Positions 26,904-37,093 are shown, counted from the stretch's first letter. The stretch: 64,000 bases of DNA from Acidobacteriaceae bacterium (GCA_049522955.1 JBEKNJ010000007.1:20965-84964), one strand, 5' to 3'. The notes: generated from the letters alone by a model not told the origin. A program made the numbers and translations.

Positions 26904-28436
26904 CTAGTGCTTGAGCGCCCTACCTGCCAGGGTTGAAGTCAACTTGCCTTGATCCACTGCGAACTGTCCATTCACCAGGAGATACTGCACGCCGGTTGCA
27001 AGAACGGTCGGATCTTCATACGTAGCGCGGTCGATAAAGGTTTTCGGATCAAAGACCAGAACGTCCGCAAAATAGCCTTGCTTCAGCAGGCCGCGGTTCT
27101 TGAGCTGGAGCGTCTCGGCGGGCAGCGAGGTGCTGGAACGCACGGCTGCTTCGAGCGAGAGCACATGCTTCTCGTAGACATACTCGTGGATCTTGCGCGG
27201 GAAGGTGCCGTACTTGCGCGGGTGGCCTTCGGAACCGTCTGAGCAGGTCATCACCCACGGCTGCTTCATGAAGGCTTCGATGTCGGACTCCTTCATGTTG
27301 AACGACGCGACGCTGGAGCCGCCGGCACGAATGATCTGCAGAGCGGCCTCGATGGGCGAGACGTTGCGCTGTTTCGCGATCTGCGCGAGGTTCTTGCCTA
27401 CGATGCTCCTATCCTTTGCGTCGGTCATCAGCAGCGTTTCCGGTCCACCGCGGCGATGCAGATTCTCGGTCATCTCCTGCATGAGCCTCTGGTGCAGCGC
27501 GGGATCATCGATGTTCTTCAGCAACTTGCCATCGGCCTCCGCCCACCGGGGAACGAGGGACGCCGTCACGCTGGTGCCTGACGCGTCATAGGGATACTGG
27601 CTGGCGGTAGCTTTGATCCCGGCCTTGCGGGCCTGGTCGATCAGCGCGATCACCTCGGTGCTCTGGCCCCAGACGTCCGCTCCCAGTGCCTTGATGTGCG
27701 AGATCATCACCGGAATGCCGGCCTCCTTGCCGATGCGCAGCGTCTCGCGCACAGAGTTCATCAGGCCGATGTTGTAGGTGCTCTCATCGCGCATGTGGGT
27801 GTCATAGATGCCTCCATGCTGTGCGGCCACACGGGCGAGCTCGATGATCTCCTCGGTCGTCGCGTAGCTGCCCGGCGCATAGTAAAGTCCGGTGGAAAGG
27901 CCGATCGCGCCCTGGTTCATCGCGGTATCGACCAGGGCCTTCATTTTCTCCATCTGTTGGGGCGTGGGCCTGGCATCCGACATCCCCATCACCTGGCGGC
28001 GCACGGTGCCTTCCCCAATGAAAAGCGCAGCGTTGGTGCCGATGCCTTGCCTGGCCCATTTGGCGAGCGTGTCCCCGGTGCGCTCGGGGCTGTCGCCGTC
28101 GTTGCCGGTCGCGACGGTGGTGACGCCCTGCATCAGGTAGGCCTCGTTATCGCTGCGTTTTGGATCAGTCAGGTCGTCTGCAGTGTGGGTATGCGGATCG
28201 ATGAAGCCGGGAGTGATGACCAGCCCAGTGGCGTCGATGACACGTTTCGCCTTCTTGCCTGCGCCGGAGCCCACGACGACGATGTGGTCGCCGGAGATGC
28301 CGACGTCGGTATGGGCGGGCGGCGCGCCGGAGCCGTCGATGACCGTGCCGTTGCGCAGGATCAGGTCGAGGTCTTGCGCATGGACCAGGGGGGCCATGCA
28401 AAGGGCTGCCATGAGCGAGGTCTCAAGGAACTTCAC
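26904..28436 (-). CDS. N-acyl-D-amino-acid deacylase (D-aminoacylase) family amidohydrolase, exported
   Basis: LILRNGTVIDGSGAPPAHTDVGISGDHIV..VITPGFIDPHTHTADDL (H-x-H metal motif). I prefer GTG 28436 (AGGAG 8 nt upstream; gives signal VKFLETSLMAALCMAPLVHAQ). The ORF track's ATG 28532 is the alternative start. Confidence 0.8.
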   Translation of the reverse strand: MKFLETSLMAALCMAPLVHAQDLDLILRNGTVIDGSGAPPAHTDVGISGDHIVVVGSGAGKKAKRVIDATGLVITPGFIDPHTHTADDLTDPKRSDNEAYLMQGVTTVATGNDGDSPERTGDTLAKWARQGIGTNAALFIGEGTVRRQVMGMSDARPTPQQMEKMKALVDTAMNQGAIGLSTGLYYAPGSYATTEEIIELARVAAQHGGIYDTHMRDESTYNIGLMNSVRETLRIGKEAGIPVMISHIKALGADVWGQSTEVIALIDQARKAGIKATASQYPYDASGTSVTASLVPRWAEADGKLLKNIDDPALHQRLMQEMTENLHRRGGPETLLMTDAKDRSIVGKNLAQIAKQRNVSPIEAALQIIRAGGSSVASFNMKESDIEAFMKQPWVMTCSDGSEGHPRKYGTFPRKIHEYVYEKHVLSLEAAVRSSTSLPAETLQLKNRGLLKQGYFADVLVFDPKTFIDRATYEDPTVLATGVQYLLVNGQFAVDQGKLTSTLAGRALKH

Positions 28437-28550
28437 GAGTCGCTGCTCCTGTTTTCTTGGGATGAATCTCGTAGCCTTGTTGCGAAGCCTTTGGATAAGT
28501 CTGACTTGGTATGTCCCCGAAAACCCGGTCAAGCCGGCACGGCTGCGCGA

Positions 28551-28934
28551 CTAGTGGCCTCCCGGATAGTTGAAGAACAGCTGATTGCCGTCGGGATCAT
28601 CGACCACCAGGAGCCGGTAGCCCCACGAACCTTCCGTGACCGGAACGTCCCTGGCCTCGAGCTCCGCGCGCAGTGCGTCCACCGCCGCGGCCGCAGCCTC
28701 GCGCGTCGGCGGCTCGACGTTGAGGGAAATGAACATCAGCCCCTTGCCAATTTTCTCGGGCCACGTGTCGGCCAGGATAAGCGCGCAGCCCTGCCGGTCG
28801 ACCTGCGCGACGTGCGCTCTGCCGTCTTCGTCGTAGCGCCAGGGGCTGGTGAAACCAAGCCGGTTGACGTAAAAGAGGAGCGAGGCATCAACATCCGAGA
28901 CGTGTAGGACGGGGCGTGCGAACCAATCTGTCAT
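28551..28934 (-). CDS. VOC (glyoxalase/bleomycin-resistance/dioxygenase) family protein
   Basis: 127 aa. PVLHVSDVDASLLFYVNRLGF.., ..YRLLVVDDPDGNQLFF: typical paired beta-alpha-beta-beta-beta VOC modules. Confidence 0.85.
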   Translation of the reverse strand: MTDWFARPVLHVSDVDASLLFYVNRLGFTSPWRYDEDGRAHVAQVDRQGCALILADTWPEKIGKGLMFISLNVEPPTREAAAAAVDALRAELEARDVPVTEGSWGYRLLVVDDPDGNQLFFNYPGGH

Positions 28935-29037
28935 AGGCTACCTATCGAGGATGCCCCAAGGCGATCACCGAGTCCAAGGTGTACATTTTCTATCAAACAA
29001 AACCCCCGATCAATCGTAAGCGTTCGGTTCTAACGAT

Positions 29038-30276
29038 CTAGAGTTTGGCGTGACTGGAGTAGATGATTTGCCCCTCCCTGATCGTGTACGCCACCTTGGA
29101 AAGATTCCTTACGTCGCCCCCTGGATCCGCGTCGAGCACGACTAAGTCAGCGGTCATTCCTTTCTCCACCCGCCCTTTTGCCGGCTGCTTGAAAAATGTG
29201 CTGGGATTTGAGGTAAGCGATGCGAGAACATCGCGCCACCCCATGGCTCGTCCCATGTATTCAAACTCCTGAGCGGTGTCGTAGCGGGACTGGAAGCCGA
29301 CGTCCGTCCCAAACAGGATGGCGCCGCCCTCGGAGAAGTATGCCTTCAACTGACCGACTCCATTGCTTACAAGTTTGTCGGTAATGACGGGATCCGCGAC
29401 GACAGTCGTCCACAGTGTCAGCGTGGGGATGAGGGCAGTATGCTGCCGCTTCATCCGGGCAAGCTCCTCCGCTGAGAAACTTCCCTCACTTCCCTCACTT
29501 GGAATGGTGTGCGCCAGAACATCGACGCCGCCGGCCAGCGCATGGTCCACACCTACCCGATTCTGTGGATGAGCGAACGCGGGCTTACCCTCAGCGTGCG
29601 CTACATCAACCGCGGCCTTTACGATGGCGGTATCCATATTCACGACCGGTTTGTCGCCCATGTAGGCACCGGTGAACAGTTTCATGCCATCCAGACCCAT
29701 CTTCATATATTGCCGCGCCATCTGCTCCGCTTGCTGAGGAGTCGAAGCCTCGGGCAACTGCATTTCGGCTGGGAGGTAGACGGGGTGGCCGTTCTCAGGA
29801 AAGATGTCTCCCGCCATAAGAATCTGCGGCCCGAGGACTTCTCCAGATTCGATGCGCCTCCGAAGCGCCAACGTATTGCCGGGATCGGAGCCGAGATCCC
29901 AGACGGTGGTAAAGCCCCAGCGAGTGAGCATCTCGTGCATATGTGTGTCGACCTGGACCGCGGGGACTTGCGCAATGCCCTGCCATCCGTTTTCAAAATG
30001 CACGTGACTGTTCCAGAACCCGGCGACAATGACTTTGCCTGTGCAATCGATCACCTGCACCGACGCCGGAACTTTCACCTCCCTGCGTTTCCCCACCGCA
30101 GCAATCCGGCCGTGCTGGATGAGCACCACTGCGTTGTCGATCGGCTCAGCGGTCGGCGACGGATAGACCTTCGCCCCTTCCAGCGCGAGATCGCGGCCTT
30201 CCACCGCTGCTGTGGCGGGGGCTGCATGGCTGAGCAGGGTTGTCACCGCCAACAGCAGGGTACATTGCAGCTTCAT
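29038..30276 (-). CDS. exported amidohydrolase-family metallohydrolase
   Basis: Signal MKLQCTLLLAVTTLLSHAAPATA. VIVAGFWNSHVHF (H-x-H). C-terminal ADLVVLDADP block typical of the family. Contains a 9-bp in-frame tandem duplication (SEGSEG). Confidence 0.85.
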   Translation of the reverse strand: MKLQCTLLLAVTTLLSHAAPATAAVEGRDLALEGAKVYPSPTAEPIDNAVVLIQHGRIAAVGKRREVKVPASVQVIDCTGKVIVAGFWNSHVHFENGWQGIAQVPAVQVDTHMHEMLTRWGFTTVWDLGSDPGNTLALRRRIESGEVLGPQILMAGDIFPENGHPVYLPAEMQLPEASTPQQAEQMARQYMKMGLDGMKLFTGAYMGDKPVVNMDTAIVKAAVDVAHAEGKPAFAHPQNRVGVDHALAGGVDVLAHTIPSEGSEGSFSAEELARMKRQHTALIPTLTLWTTVVADPVITDKLVSNGVGQLKAYFSEGGAILFGTDVGFQSRYDTAQEFEYMGRAMGWRDVLASLTSNPSTFFKQPAKGRVEKGMTADLVVLDADPGGDVRNLSKVAYTIREGQIIYSSHAKL

Positions 30277-30369
30277 GCGAAGTCTCCTTCCTGAACTTGA
30301 GAGCGACTATCATTTTATGCGTCCAACCGTTGAAAAGCCCTAACGTGGGATGATAACGGTGAGGGAGCA

Positions 30370-30720
30370 ATGCGCGAAGTGATGGAACTCATCGATTTGG
30401 GGCTGAAGGCACGAGAGCTTGGCGGAAAATATGAAAACGTCGTCATCGCACATAACAACGATCAAGTGATCCGAATGTCTCGTATGACAGAGCCTTACTT
30501 CTGGCATTTTCACCCCGATTCAGATGAGACGTTTCTTGGTATCGAAGGAGTTCTCATTTTAGAGCTGGAGCATCGCCGCATCGAGTTGAGACCGGGACAA
30601 CTATTCACCGTGCCGAGAGGTACCAGGCATCGCACTTACCCGGAAGGCTCTCATTCCATCAATTTGACCGTGGAGCGTGAAGGCACGCAAACGTCGCGGA
30701 CCGATCCCCCTACACTCTAG
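30370..30720 (+). CDS. cupin domain protein
   Basis: 116 aa. FWHFHPDSDETFLGIEGVLILELE..LRPGQLFTVPRGTRHR matches the two cupin motifs. Confidence 0.75.
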   Translation: MREVMELIDLGLKARELGGKYENVVIAHNNDQVIRMSRMTEPYFWHFHPDSDETFLGIEGVLILELEHRRIELRPGQLFTVPRGTRHRTYPEGSHSINLTVEREGTQTSRTDPPTL

Positions 30721-30755
30721 AGCACAGCGATCTTCCGAGGGAGCAGCTAGCCACC

Positions 30756-31607
30756 ATGAAAACATTCGCATTGTTCCACCCCGGTGAGATGGGGGCTGCG
30801 CTGGGGGCAGCGTTGGCCTCGCGTGGATTTCGCGTGTTATGGGCCTCACAGGGCCGAAGCGCACAGACGGCCACGCGCGCCAGGGCTGCGAGCCTTGAAG
30901 ACGCCTGCACCATCAAGCAAGCCGTAAAGGCCGCTGAAGTGGTCGTCTCCGTGTGCCCACCCCTTGGCGCTCTGGGGTTGGCGCGCGAAGCGGTTGCGCA
31001 TGGTTTTGCCGGGATCTACGTGGATGCGAACGCCATATCGCCGGCCACGGCCCGAGCGATTGCCACAGTGATTGACGCTGCTGGAGGAACCTTCGTAGAT
31101 GGTGGCATCATCGGCCTTCCTCCCACGGCCCAGAAGCAGCCCACACTTTATCTGTCCGGGAGTGAGGCCGCGACCATCGCAGATTTATTCACTGGAACCA
31201 GCGTAAACGCCGAGGTGATTGAGGGTGGGGCGGGAGCGGCTTCCGCGCTCAAAATGTGCTATGCCGCGTTTACCAAAGGCACCACCGCTCTTTTAGCCGC
31301 GGTGCGGGCCCTGGCCGAGCACGAAGGCGTGGAACGTCCGCTCCTGGAATCATGGCGGCGCACGCTGCCGGATGTACCGCGCCAATCCGAAAACGCCGCG
31401 GCCGCCGCTTCCAAGGCGTGGCGCTGGACGGGTGAGATGGACGAGATTGCGGCAAGCTTCGCAGCGGCAGGGCTGCCCGACGGCTTTCACCGTGCGGCGG
31501 GCGAAGTCTACCGGCGGCTGGAAAGCTTCAAGGATCGCACTACACCGCCGTCGATGGCGGAAGTGACTCAGGCATTGCTGCAGGACAACATACGACACCA
31601 GAAATGA
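30756..31607 (+). CDS. NAD(P)-binding oxidoreductase (6-phosphogluconate-dehydrogenase-like N-domain, DUF1932-like C-domain)
   Basis: MKTFALFHPGEMGAALGAALASRGFRV Rossmann start; 283 aa. Stop codon directly abuts the stop of the convergent antiporter gene. Confidence 0.7.
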   Translation: MKTFALFHPGEMGAALGAALASRGFRVLWASQGRSAQTATRARAASLEDACTIKQAVKAAEVVVSVCPPLGALGLAREAVAHGFAGIYVDANAISPATARAIATVIDAAGGTFVDGGIIGLPPTAQKQPTLYLSGSEAATIADLFTGTSVNAEVIEGGAGAASALKMCYAAFTKGTTALLAAVRALAEHEGVERPLLESWRRTLPDVPRQSENAAAAASKAWRWTGEMDEIAASFAAAGLPDGFHRAAGEVYRRLESFKDRTTPPSMAEVTQALLQDNIRHQK

Positions 31608-33209
31608 CTAGGTCAGCAGGCTTTCCTTTAAATCGAGCTCACGCTCGAGATTGCGATGTACATTGTCTCCGATTCTTCCACCTGACCACAGGAGGTTGAG
31701 CTCCTGGCGTTGCCTTCTGATCGTTTCCAGCAGCAGATGATTCGTCGTCAGGCCGTTCGAGGTTTTCTCCAGACTGCTGCCGTCCGGCCCGCACCCGTCA
31801 ATGTCTTCGAGCCGGTGTTGATACTGGTGCAGCAGGTCTTCATAGATGTGCACCTCATGTTCCCCCTTCGCAGACTTCCTGCGTTCTCCAACGAAGTCGA
31901 TAGCTGCCTGCAATACCAAGTGCCTCGCTTCTCCTTCTTCGCAGAATTCCGCGTTGCCGGCGGTCAATCCAAGAACGCGTACCAGCCATGGCAAGGAAAG
32001 ACCCTGCGCAACCAGGGTCACCAGGATCAGAGAAAAGGTAAGAAAGATGATCAAGCTTCGCTGAGGAAACGGGCTTCCATCGTTGAGGGTGAGAGGCAAT
32101 GAGTTTGCCGCGGCCAGGGCGACAACCCCGCGCATCCCGGTCCAGCCCATGACAAAGGCCTGATTCGATTTCGGCCTTTCGTATATCTGCTTCATAAGAT
32201 GAGTTCGCATCCACCAGGTCGCCCCCGTCCCCGGATACATCCAGGCCAGGCGCAGCAGTACCAGGGTGGCGGAAAACACCAGCGCATATCGGAGCAGGCT
32301 CATGTGGCTATGTCCATGAATGCCGTCCATCACATACGGAAGCTGCAAACCGATGAGCACAAACACCAGCCCGTTCAACAAAAACTCCAGCGCTTCCCAG
32401 ACAGCCCACGCCTGCAGGCGCACTCCTGGTGAAAGGAGGGTGGAACTGCGGCGGCTTATAAACAAACCGCATACCACTACGGCAATCACGCCGGAACTTT
32501 TTACTGCCTGACCTGTGAGGTACGCCGCGTAGGGCACGATCAGCGATAGGGCGATCTCCACCGGTCCGTCGTCCACCCAGCGTTCGAGCCACGCGACGAC
32601 GAACCCGATGGTCAGACCGACGAGCGCACCTCCGATCGTCAGCCATGCGAATACCGCAATGCCGTGGCCTATAGTGGGGGTCACCCCCTGGACGACCATC
32701 TCGACTCCAAACTGCAACGCCAGCAGCCCGGTCGCATCGTTCAACAGGCTCTCGCCCTCCAGCAAATCCACAATGCGTTGAGGCATCCCTACTTTGCGTG
32801 CGATCGAGGTCGCCGCGACCGCGTCTGTCGGCGAAACGACAGCCCCCAGAAGAAATCCGAGTTGCCAGGTGAATCCCGGCATCCACCACTTTGCTGCAAA
32901 CGCGACACCAAACGCGGTGAAGAACACCAGGAGTACTGCGAGGCTCGAGATCGACACCAGGTTGTATTTGAATTCCCGCCATGATGTCTGCCACGCGGCC
33001 GTATAGAGAAGGGGCGGCAGAATCACGAGAAACACCAAGGAAGGGGGCAGCGGAACACGCGGGATACGAGGGAGCAGAGAACATCCTAATCCGAAGACTA
33101 CCAAAACAATGGGGTACGACACCGCAAACCGGCGCGCCAGACCAGCCACCGCAGCCACCGCGAACAGCAATCCAATCAGCAGCACCAAAATGTAGTTCAC
33201 ATGGTCCAT
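31608..33209 (-). CDS. Na+/H+ antiporter (CPA1 / NhaP type)
   Basis: 533 aa. About 11-12 TM helices followed by a soluble tail. LLGAVVSPTDAVAATSIARKVGMPQRIVDLLEGESLLNDATGL is the CPA1 signature region. Confidence 0.9.
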   Translation of the reverse strand: MDHVNYILVLLIGLLFAVAAVAGLARRFAVSYPIVLVVFGLGCSLLPRIPRVPLPPSLVFLVILPPLLYTAAWQTSWREFKYNLVSISSLAVLLVFFTAFGVAFAAKWWMPGFTWQLGFLLGAVVSPTDAVAATSIARKVGMPQRIVDLLEGESLLNDATGLLALQFGVEMVVQGVTPTIGHGIAVFAWLTIGGALVGLTIGFVVAWLERWVDDGPVEIALSLIVPYAAYLTGQAVKSSGVIAVVVCGLFISRRSSTLLSPGVRLQAWAVWEALEFLLNGLVFVLIGLQLPYVMDGIHGHSHMSLLRYALVFSATLVLLRLAWMYPGTGATWWMRTHLMKQIYERPKSNQAFVMGWTGMRGVVALAAANSLPLTLNDGSPFPQRSLIIFLTFSLILVTLVAQGLSLPWLVRVLGLTAGNAEFCEEGEARHLVLQAAIDFVGERRKSAKGEHEVHIYEDLLHQYQHRLEDIDGCGPDGSSLEKTSNGLTTNHLLLETIRRQRQELNLLWSGGRIGDNVHRNLERELDLKESLLT

Positions 33210-33353
33210 ACGATGATCGAGCGCCTCCCGACACCAATAGTAGCGTCATTCGGCACATGTATGAAAAGCGATCGGCGGCCTGCTTTTTAATCCCACTCAT
33301 CTTCCGCTTGATGGAAACGCCGCTCTCCCCTTTGCCATCCCGACCGGAGCGTG

Positions 33354-33486
33354 CCCGGATTTCCTGCCCCACCGCACTGGACTGGGGCCGCGTGTGCGCC
33401 CTTCTGCAAAAAAGGACGCATGAAGTGCGACAACGACATCAGGTTCCGCAGGAAATCCGGTGGTAGCGGAGTGGAGGGATCTGCAG
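33354..33486. mobile_element. second copy of the MITE-like element (33354-33460, identical 12-bp TIRs) with an adjacent GGAGGGATCTGCAG module (33468-33486)
   Basis: ccggatttcctg at 33354-33365 and caggaaatccgg at 33449-33460. Interior resembles 21147-21250 (shared ..cgtgtgcg.c..ttc....aa.g.a.gc.gcat..). ggagtggagggatctgcag is the reverse complement of the ctgcagatccctcc module. Confidence 0.55.
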
Positions 33487-33677
33487 TTCAACGGACCCGT
33501 TCTGGAGGCGTTTTTCGGCACGCAAACGCTAAGAACAACTTGTGCAACAGGTCGGCAGGGAAACGATGGCGGAAGTGATTGCGGCAATACAGCGTTCGCG
33601 TAGATGAGGGAGAGATAAAGGGCAGCCCATTGCCGCAAGTCTCGGAATGGTTACCCCTATCCCCCCCCGCAACTTGC

Positions 33678-34550
33678 TTACACCTCGACGGTGGCGTCCT
33701 TCGCCGCTTTAGCATTGGCTTTTTCGTGAAGATTAGCCTGCTTTTGTCCTACACCGTTGGTGTACTGGCCCACCGGTGTCGAATCAATCGGAGAGGTCAT
33801 CTCGGTGCCAGGATGCGGATCGTACGGCGTTACATCCAATCCTTTGCCGCCCTTAATCTCGGACTCTACGGTAGCTAACCCGTTTGAATGGTTCCATGGT
33901 CCTGCGAAATCTTTTTCGCCATTCTGGCTCTCGCCGGTGGAGGCGTTGAAGTACTGGTCGACAAGATGCGGCGTCGGTTCGATAATGCCGACCGAGAATT
34001 GCGGCTTATCCATACTATCGAGAGCTGCCGTAAATGCCCGCATGTGAGTTATTTCGCGCGTCATCAGAAATTGCAGGGCCTGCTTCGAACCCCGATCTTG
34101 AGTAAAGCTGATGAGGCGTTCGTAAACGATCTTCGCCCGTGCCTCGGCGGCGATGTTGCTCCGCAGGTCGACAGCCAAATCTCCGGTCACTTTCAAATAG
34201 GTCGCTGTCCAGGCATTTCCCATGGAATCAAAGAGCGCGACACCGCCGCCCCCGGCAATCGCAACCAGCGGATCCGCTTCGGCCGCTTCGCGGCTGCTTT
34301 TCATCGGCTTCAGGTGCATCCGGATAAGAGCTCCCACTACCTCCAGATGACTGAGCTCTTCCGTTCCGATATCCATCAGAAGATCCTTGCGGGCGGCATC
34401 TTCACAATTGATCCCCTGGATCGAATACTGCATGGCGGCTGCAAGCTCTCCGTTTGCTCCACCAAATTGTTCCAGCAACATTTTGCCGAATTTCGGATCC
34501 GCTTCCCCAACATCGACGGTATACATTAGCTTTTTCACGTGATGATACAT
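33678..34550 (-). CDS. manganese (non-haem, di-Mn) catalase
   Basis: MYHHVKKLMYTVDVGEADPKFGKMLLEQFGGANGELAAAMQYSIQGINC..GTEELSHLEVVGALI: classical Mn-catalase N-terminal four-helix-bundle ligand motifs. Confidence 0.9.
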   Translation of the reverse strand: MYHHVKKLMYTVDVGEADPKFGKMLLEQFGGANGELAAAMQYSIQGINCEDAARKDLLMDIGTEELSHLEVVGALIRMHLKPMKSSREAAEADPLVAIAGGGGVALFDSMGNAWTATYLKVTGDLAVDLRSNIAAEARAKIVYERLISFTQDRGSKQALQFLMTREITHMRAFTAALDSMDKPQFSVGIIEPTPHLVDQYFNASTGESQNGEKDFAGPWNHSNGLATVESEIKGGKGLDVTPYDPHPGTEMTSPIDSTPVGQYTNGVGQKQANLHEKANAKAAKDATVEV

Positions 34551-34635
34551 AGGTCTGCCTCCTGCAGGGTTGTTGTGCTCTGGCTTTTTGCGAACTGCCC
34601 TCCGCGGTCAGTCGCGCTTGTGGCTGGCGATCGCT

Positions 34636-35214
34636 TTAATGCTTGAGAGCAGGCGCAGCCTTTTTCTCATCCTCTTTGCTCTTCTTATCGGAGTACTTCT
34701 CTTTCCCGGTCTTGGGTTCTTTGTCCTGCACAGGTTCGCCGGCGGCAGCTTTCAAGATCGGCTGGGCGGCGGCCATGATCTTATCTGCCGCAGCGAGCTC
34801 CTCGTTCAGATTCTCCGTCAACAGGCCTGCCACCTCTGACATCCCCAACGTCTTTGCCATCGTAATGGTTGCCATATATCCTGCAATTTCGTAGTGCTCT
34901 GTTCTTAAAGCGGCACCCACAATGCCCGAGTCGAAGGATGCACCTTCCTCTTCCTTCTCGAGTGCGTCCGCACCTTCCTCGATAACGCCTTCCATACCAT
35001 TGCAATGTTCCCCGGTGGGCTTTTCACCCAACAGTGCGAACACCTCTTTCAGACGTTCTACCTGCCCCTTGGTTTCCTCAAGATGCGAGCTGAAGAGTCC
35101 CTTGAGGTGATTGTCCTTCGCTCCCTTTGCCAGCTTGGGAAGCGCGACGATCAATTGATTTTCCGCACTGTACATATCACGTAATTCGTCGAGCAAAACT
35201 TCGGTGAGTGCCAT
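34636..35214 (-). CDS. ferritin-like DUF892 protein (YciE/YciF family)
   Basis: MALTEVLLDELRDMYSAENQLIVALPKLAKGA..HLEETKGQVERLKEVF..EHYEIAGY: YciE/YciF pattern. 85 nt upstream of the Mn catalase gene on the same strand. Confidence 0.85.
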   Translation of the reverse strand: MALTEVLLDELRDMYSAENQLIVALPKLAKGAKDNHLKGLFSSHLEETKGQVERLKEVFALLGEKPTGEHCNGMEGVIEEGADALEKEEEGASFDSGIVGAALRTEHYEIAGYMATITMAKTLGMSEVAGLLTENLNEELAAADKIMAAAQPILKAAAGEPVQDKEPKTGKEKYSDKKSKEDEKKAAPALKH

Positions 35215-35558
35215 ATCGCCTCGTGTGATTCAGTTAAAGCGCATTTTTGAAATCGAAATGATGAACATCACTTCGAGCTTCAGCAGAATATTAGTTAGGA
35301 TGCCGATTGTGACGGTGGCGCAAAATGACGCTTCATCGTGCAAGGCCTGCAAAAAGCCCAAAGGCAAGCTTCGGTGAAATGGGTACGCGAGCAAGCGGGA
35401 GAATACGGTCGGTTCACGCGCAACGCGCGCTCGTTTGAGCAGCTGCGCGTTTGGTCGCATGAACAAGTGACTTCCTCTTTTGCACGGACCACAAGAACGC
35501 ATTTCATCTGACCTGCATCACACGAAAACAGTACGTAACTCTTAAAGAGGTAAATCTG

Positions 35559-36362
35559 ATGGCAAACAAACTGGCGTTGGTTACCGGAGCGTCAAGCGGT
35601 ATTGGGCTTTCCCTGGCGGCCGATCTAGCCAAACGCGGATATGATTTGATCGTCTGTTCGGCAGGCGATCGTCTACAGACAGCGGCTCAACAACTTCAGG
35701 GTGGACAGATTGAGGTGGTTGCGCTGCAGGCCGACCTCGCGACCCGCGAAGGGATTGAAAGTCTTTGGGAGCAGGTGACTTCCCTGGGAAGAAATCTGGA
35801 CATCGCCTGCATCAATGCGGGAGTTGGCGTAGGTGGATTGTTTGTTGAGACCGACCTCGACGCCGAGCTGAATATGGTGGAACTGAATTGCGCCGGTACT
35901 GTACATCTGGCAAAACATGTGGTCCAGCACATGACGCGCCAAGGTGGAGGGAAGATTCTATTCACCGCCTCGATCGCCGGCGAAATGGTAGCGCCACGAG
36001 AAGCGGTTTACGCCGCTAGCAAAGCGTTTGTTCTCTCCTTTGCTCAGAGTCTGCGCTACGAGCTGCGCGACTCGGGAATAACCGTCACTGCACTGCAGCC
36101 TGGTCCAACGAACACCGACTTCTTCCACAGGGCAGGAATGGACGACACAGAGGTTGGTTCTAAAGGAAAGTCGGAAAGTCAGCCGGATGACGTCGCGCGC
36201 CAGGGTATCAACGCGCTGTTGGCCGGGGACGACCACGTCTATGCGGCCTCGATGAAAACCAAGCTGGAGGGCAAGTTGGCCAACGTTGTGCCGGGCGCGA
36301 TGAAGGGCGCCATGCACGAGAAGATGGCAAAGCCTCTGGAAGAAGAAAAGGCCGCGCGCTAG
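35559..36362 (+). CDS. short-chain dehydrogenase/reductase (SDR)
   Basis: TGASSGIG cofactor motif, NAG, YAASKAF (Y-x3-K). Confidence 0.9.
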   Translation: MANKLALVTGASSGIGLSLAADLAKRGYDLIVCSAGDRLQTAAQQLQGGQIEVVALQADLATREGIESLWEQVTSLGRNLDIACINAGVGVGGLFVETDLDAELNMVELNCAGTVHLAKHVVQHMTRQGGGKILFTASIAGEMVAPREAVYAASKAFVLSFAQSLRYELRDSGITVTALQPGPTNTDFFHRAGMDDTEVGSKGKSESQPDDVARQGINALLAGDDHVYAASMKTKLEGKLANVVPGAMKGAMHEKMAKPLEEEKAAR

Positions 36363-36454
36363 TTGGACGAGTGATTCGTCGACTTCGCCCTACGCGAACC
36401 AGGTACGATTCTGGTTCGCTATACGGAAAAGGAAAGCAACATGAGGAGAGATAC

Positions 36455-37093
36455 ATGGCTTTGTTGAACGAAGCACACGTCGCGGGGAAGGTTTCCCGCG
36501 GTGCTACCGTCCTACAGGATGGGCGCTACCTTCCCCCACCCGAAGATAAAGACGGCAAAGTCTGGGTGCGCACCAGCGCGATCATTCAGGCCGCTCCCGA
36601 TCAGCTTTATGCACTCTGGCGGGATATTGAGTCTGCCCCACGTTGGCAGGAACAGTTGAAGCAAGTGACCCGGACAGGTGAAAGAACATCCCATTGGGTG
36701 ATGTACCGCGGCGACAAAACCATTGAATGGGATTCGGAATTGCTCGCCGACGAACCGGGCAGACGCCTCGCGTGGCGCTCCACAGGCGGTGAGCTCGACA
36801 CGGCGGGCGAGGTTGTCTTTGAGCCTGCGCCCACGGGCCGCGGAACGATGGTGACGCTACTGCAGGAGTTCAAACTCGGCAAGCTCGCAAACCTTTGGGA
36901 AACACTGACTGGGAGAAATCCAAAGCAAGGGGTGATCGAGAATCTCCGCCACTTCAAAGCTCTGGCGGAAACTGGTGAGATCCCTCGAACACAAGGTCAG
37001 CCGCACGGACCCAGAGGCATCATGGGCAGCGGAAAGGCCTCGGCCTATGGTGAGAAGATCGCCGTTCCCGAAGGCACCCAACAGGCGAGTTAG
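36455..37093 (+). CDS. SRPBCC (cyclase/dehydrase, START-like) family protein
   Basis: Start at Met29 of ORF 36371..37093 (GAGGAGA RBS). APDQLYALWRDIESAPRWQEQLKQV..IEWDSELLADEPGRRLAWRS..: polyketide-cyclase/SRPBCC-like pattern. Confidence 0.7.
   Translation: MALLNEAHVAGKVSRGATVLQDGRYLPPPEDKDGKVWVRTSAIIQAAPDQLYALWRDIESAPRWQEQLKQVTRTGERTSHWVMYRGDKTIEWDSELLADEPGRRLAWRSTGGELDTAGEVVFEPAPTGRGTMVTLLQEFKLGKLANLWETLTGRNPKQGVIENLRHFKALAETGEIPRTQGQPHGPRGIMGSGKASAYGEKIAVPEGTQQAS

Noticed and set aside
27696-28907. 403-aa plus-strand ORF
   Set aside because: It runs antisense across both the D-aminoacylase and VOC genes, which have clear family motifs. Its product is Arg/Gly/His/Val-rich and of low complexity.
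32308-33372. 354-aa minus-strand ORF overlapping the antiporter gene in another frame
   Set aside because: The 31608..33209 frame gives a canonical CPA1 antiporter. The alternative frame is Arg/Gly/Cys-rich with no TM helices or motifs.
33661-33668. C8 homopolymer (G8 on the coding strand) as a phase-variation tract
   Set aside because: It lies 10 nt downstream of the Mn catalase stop and about 450 nt upstream of the next start codon, so slippage would not alter any reading frame or an obvious promoter spacer.
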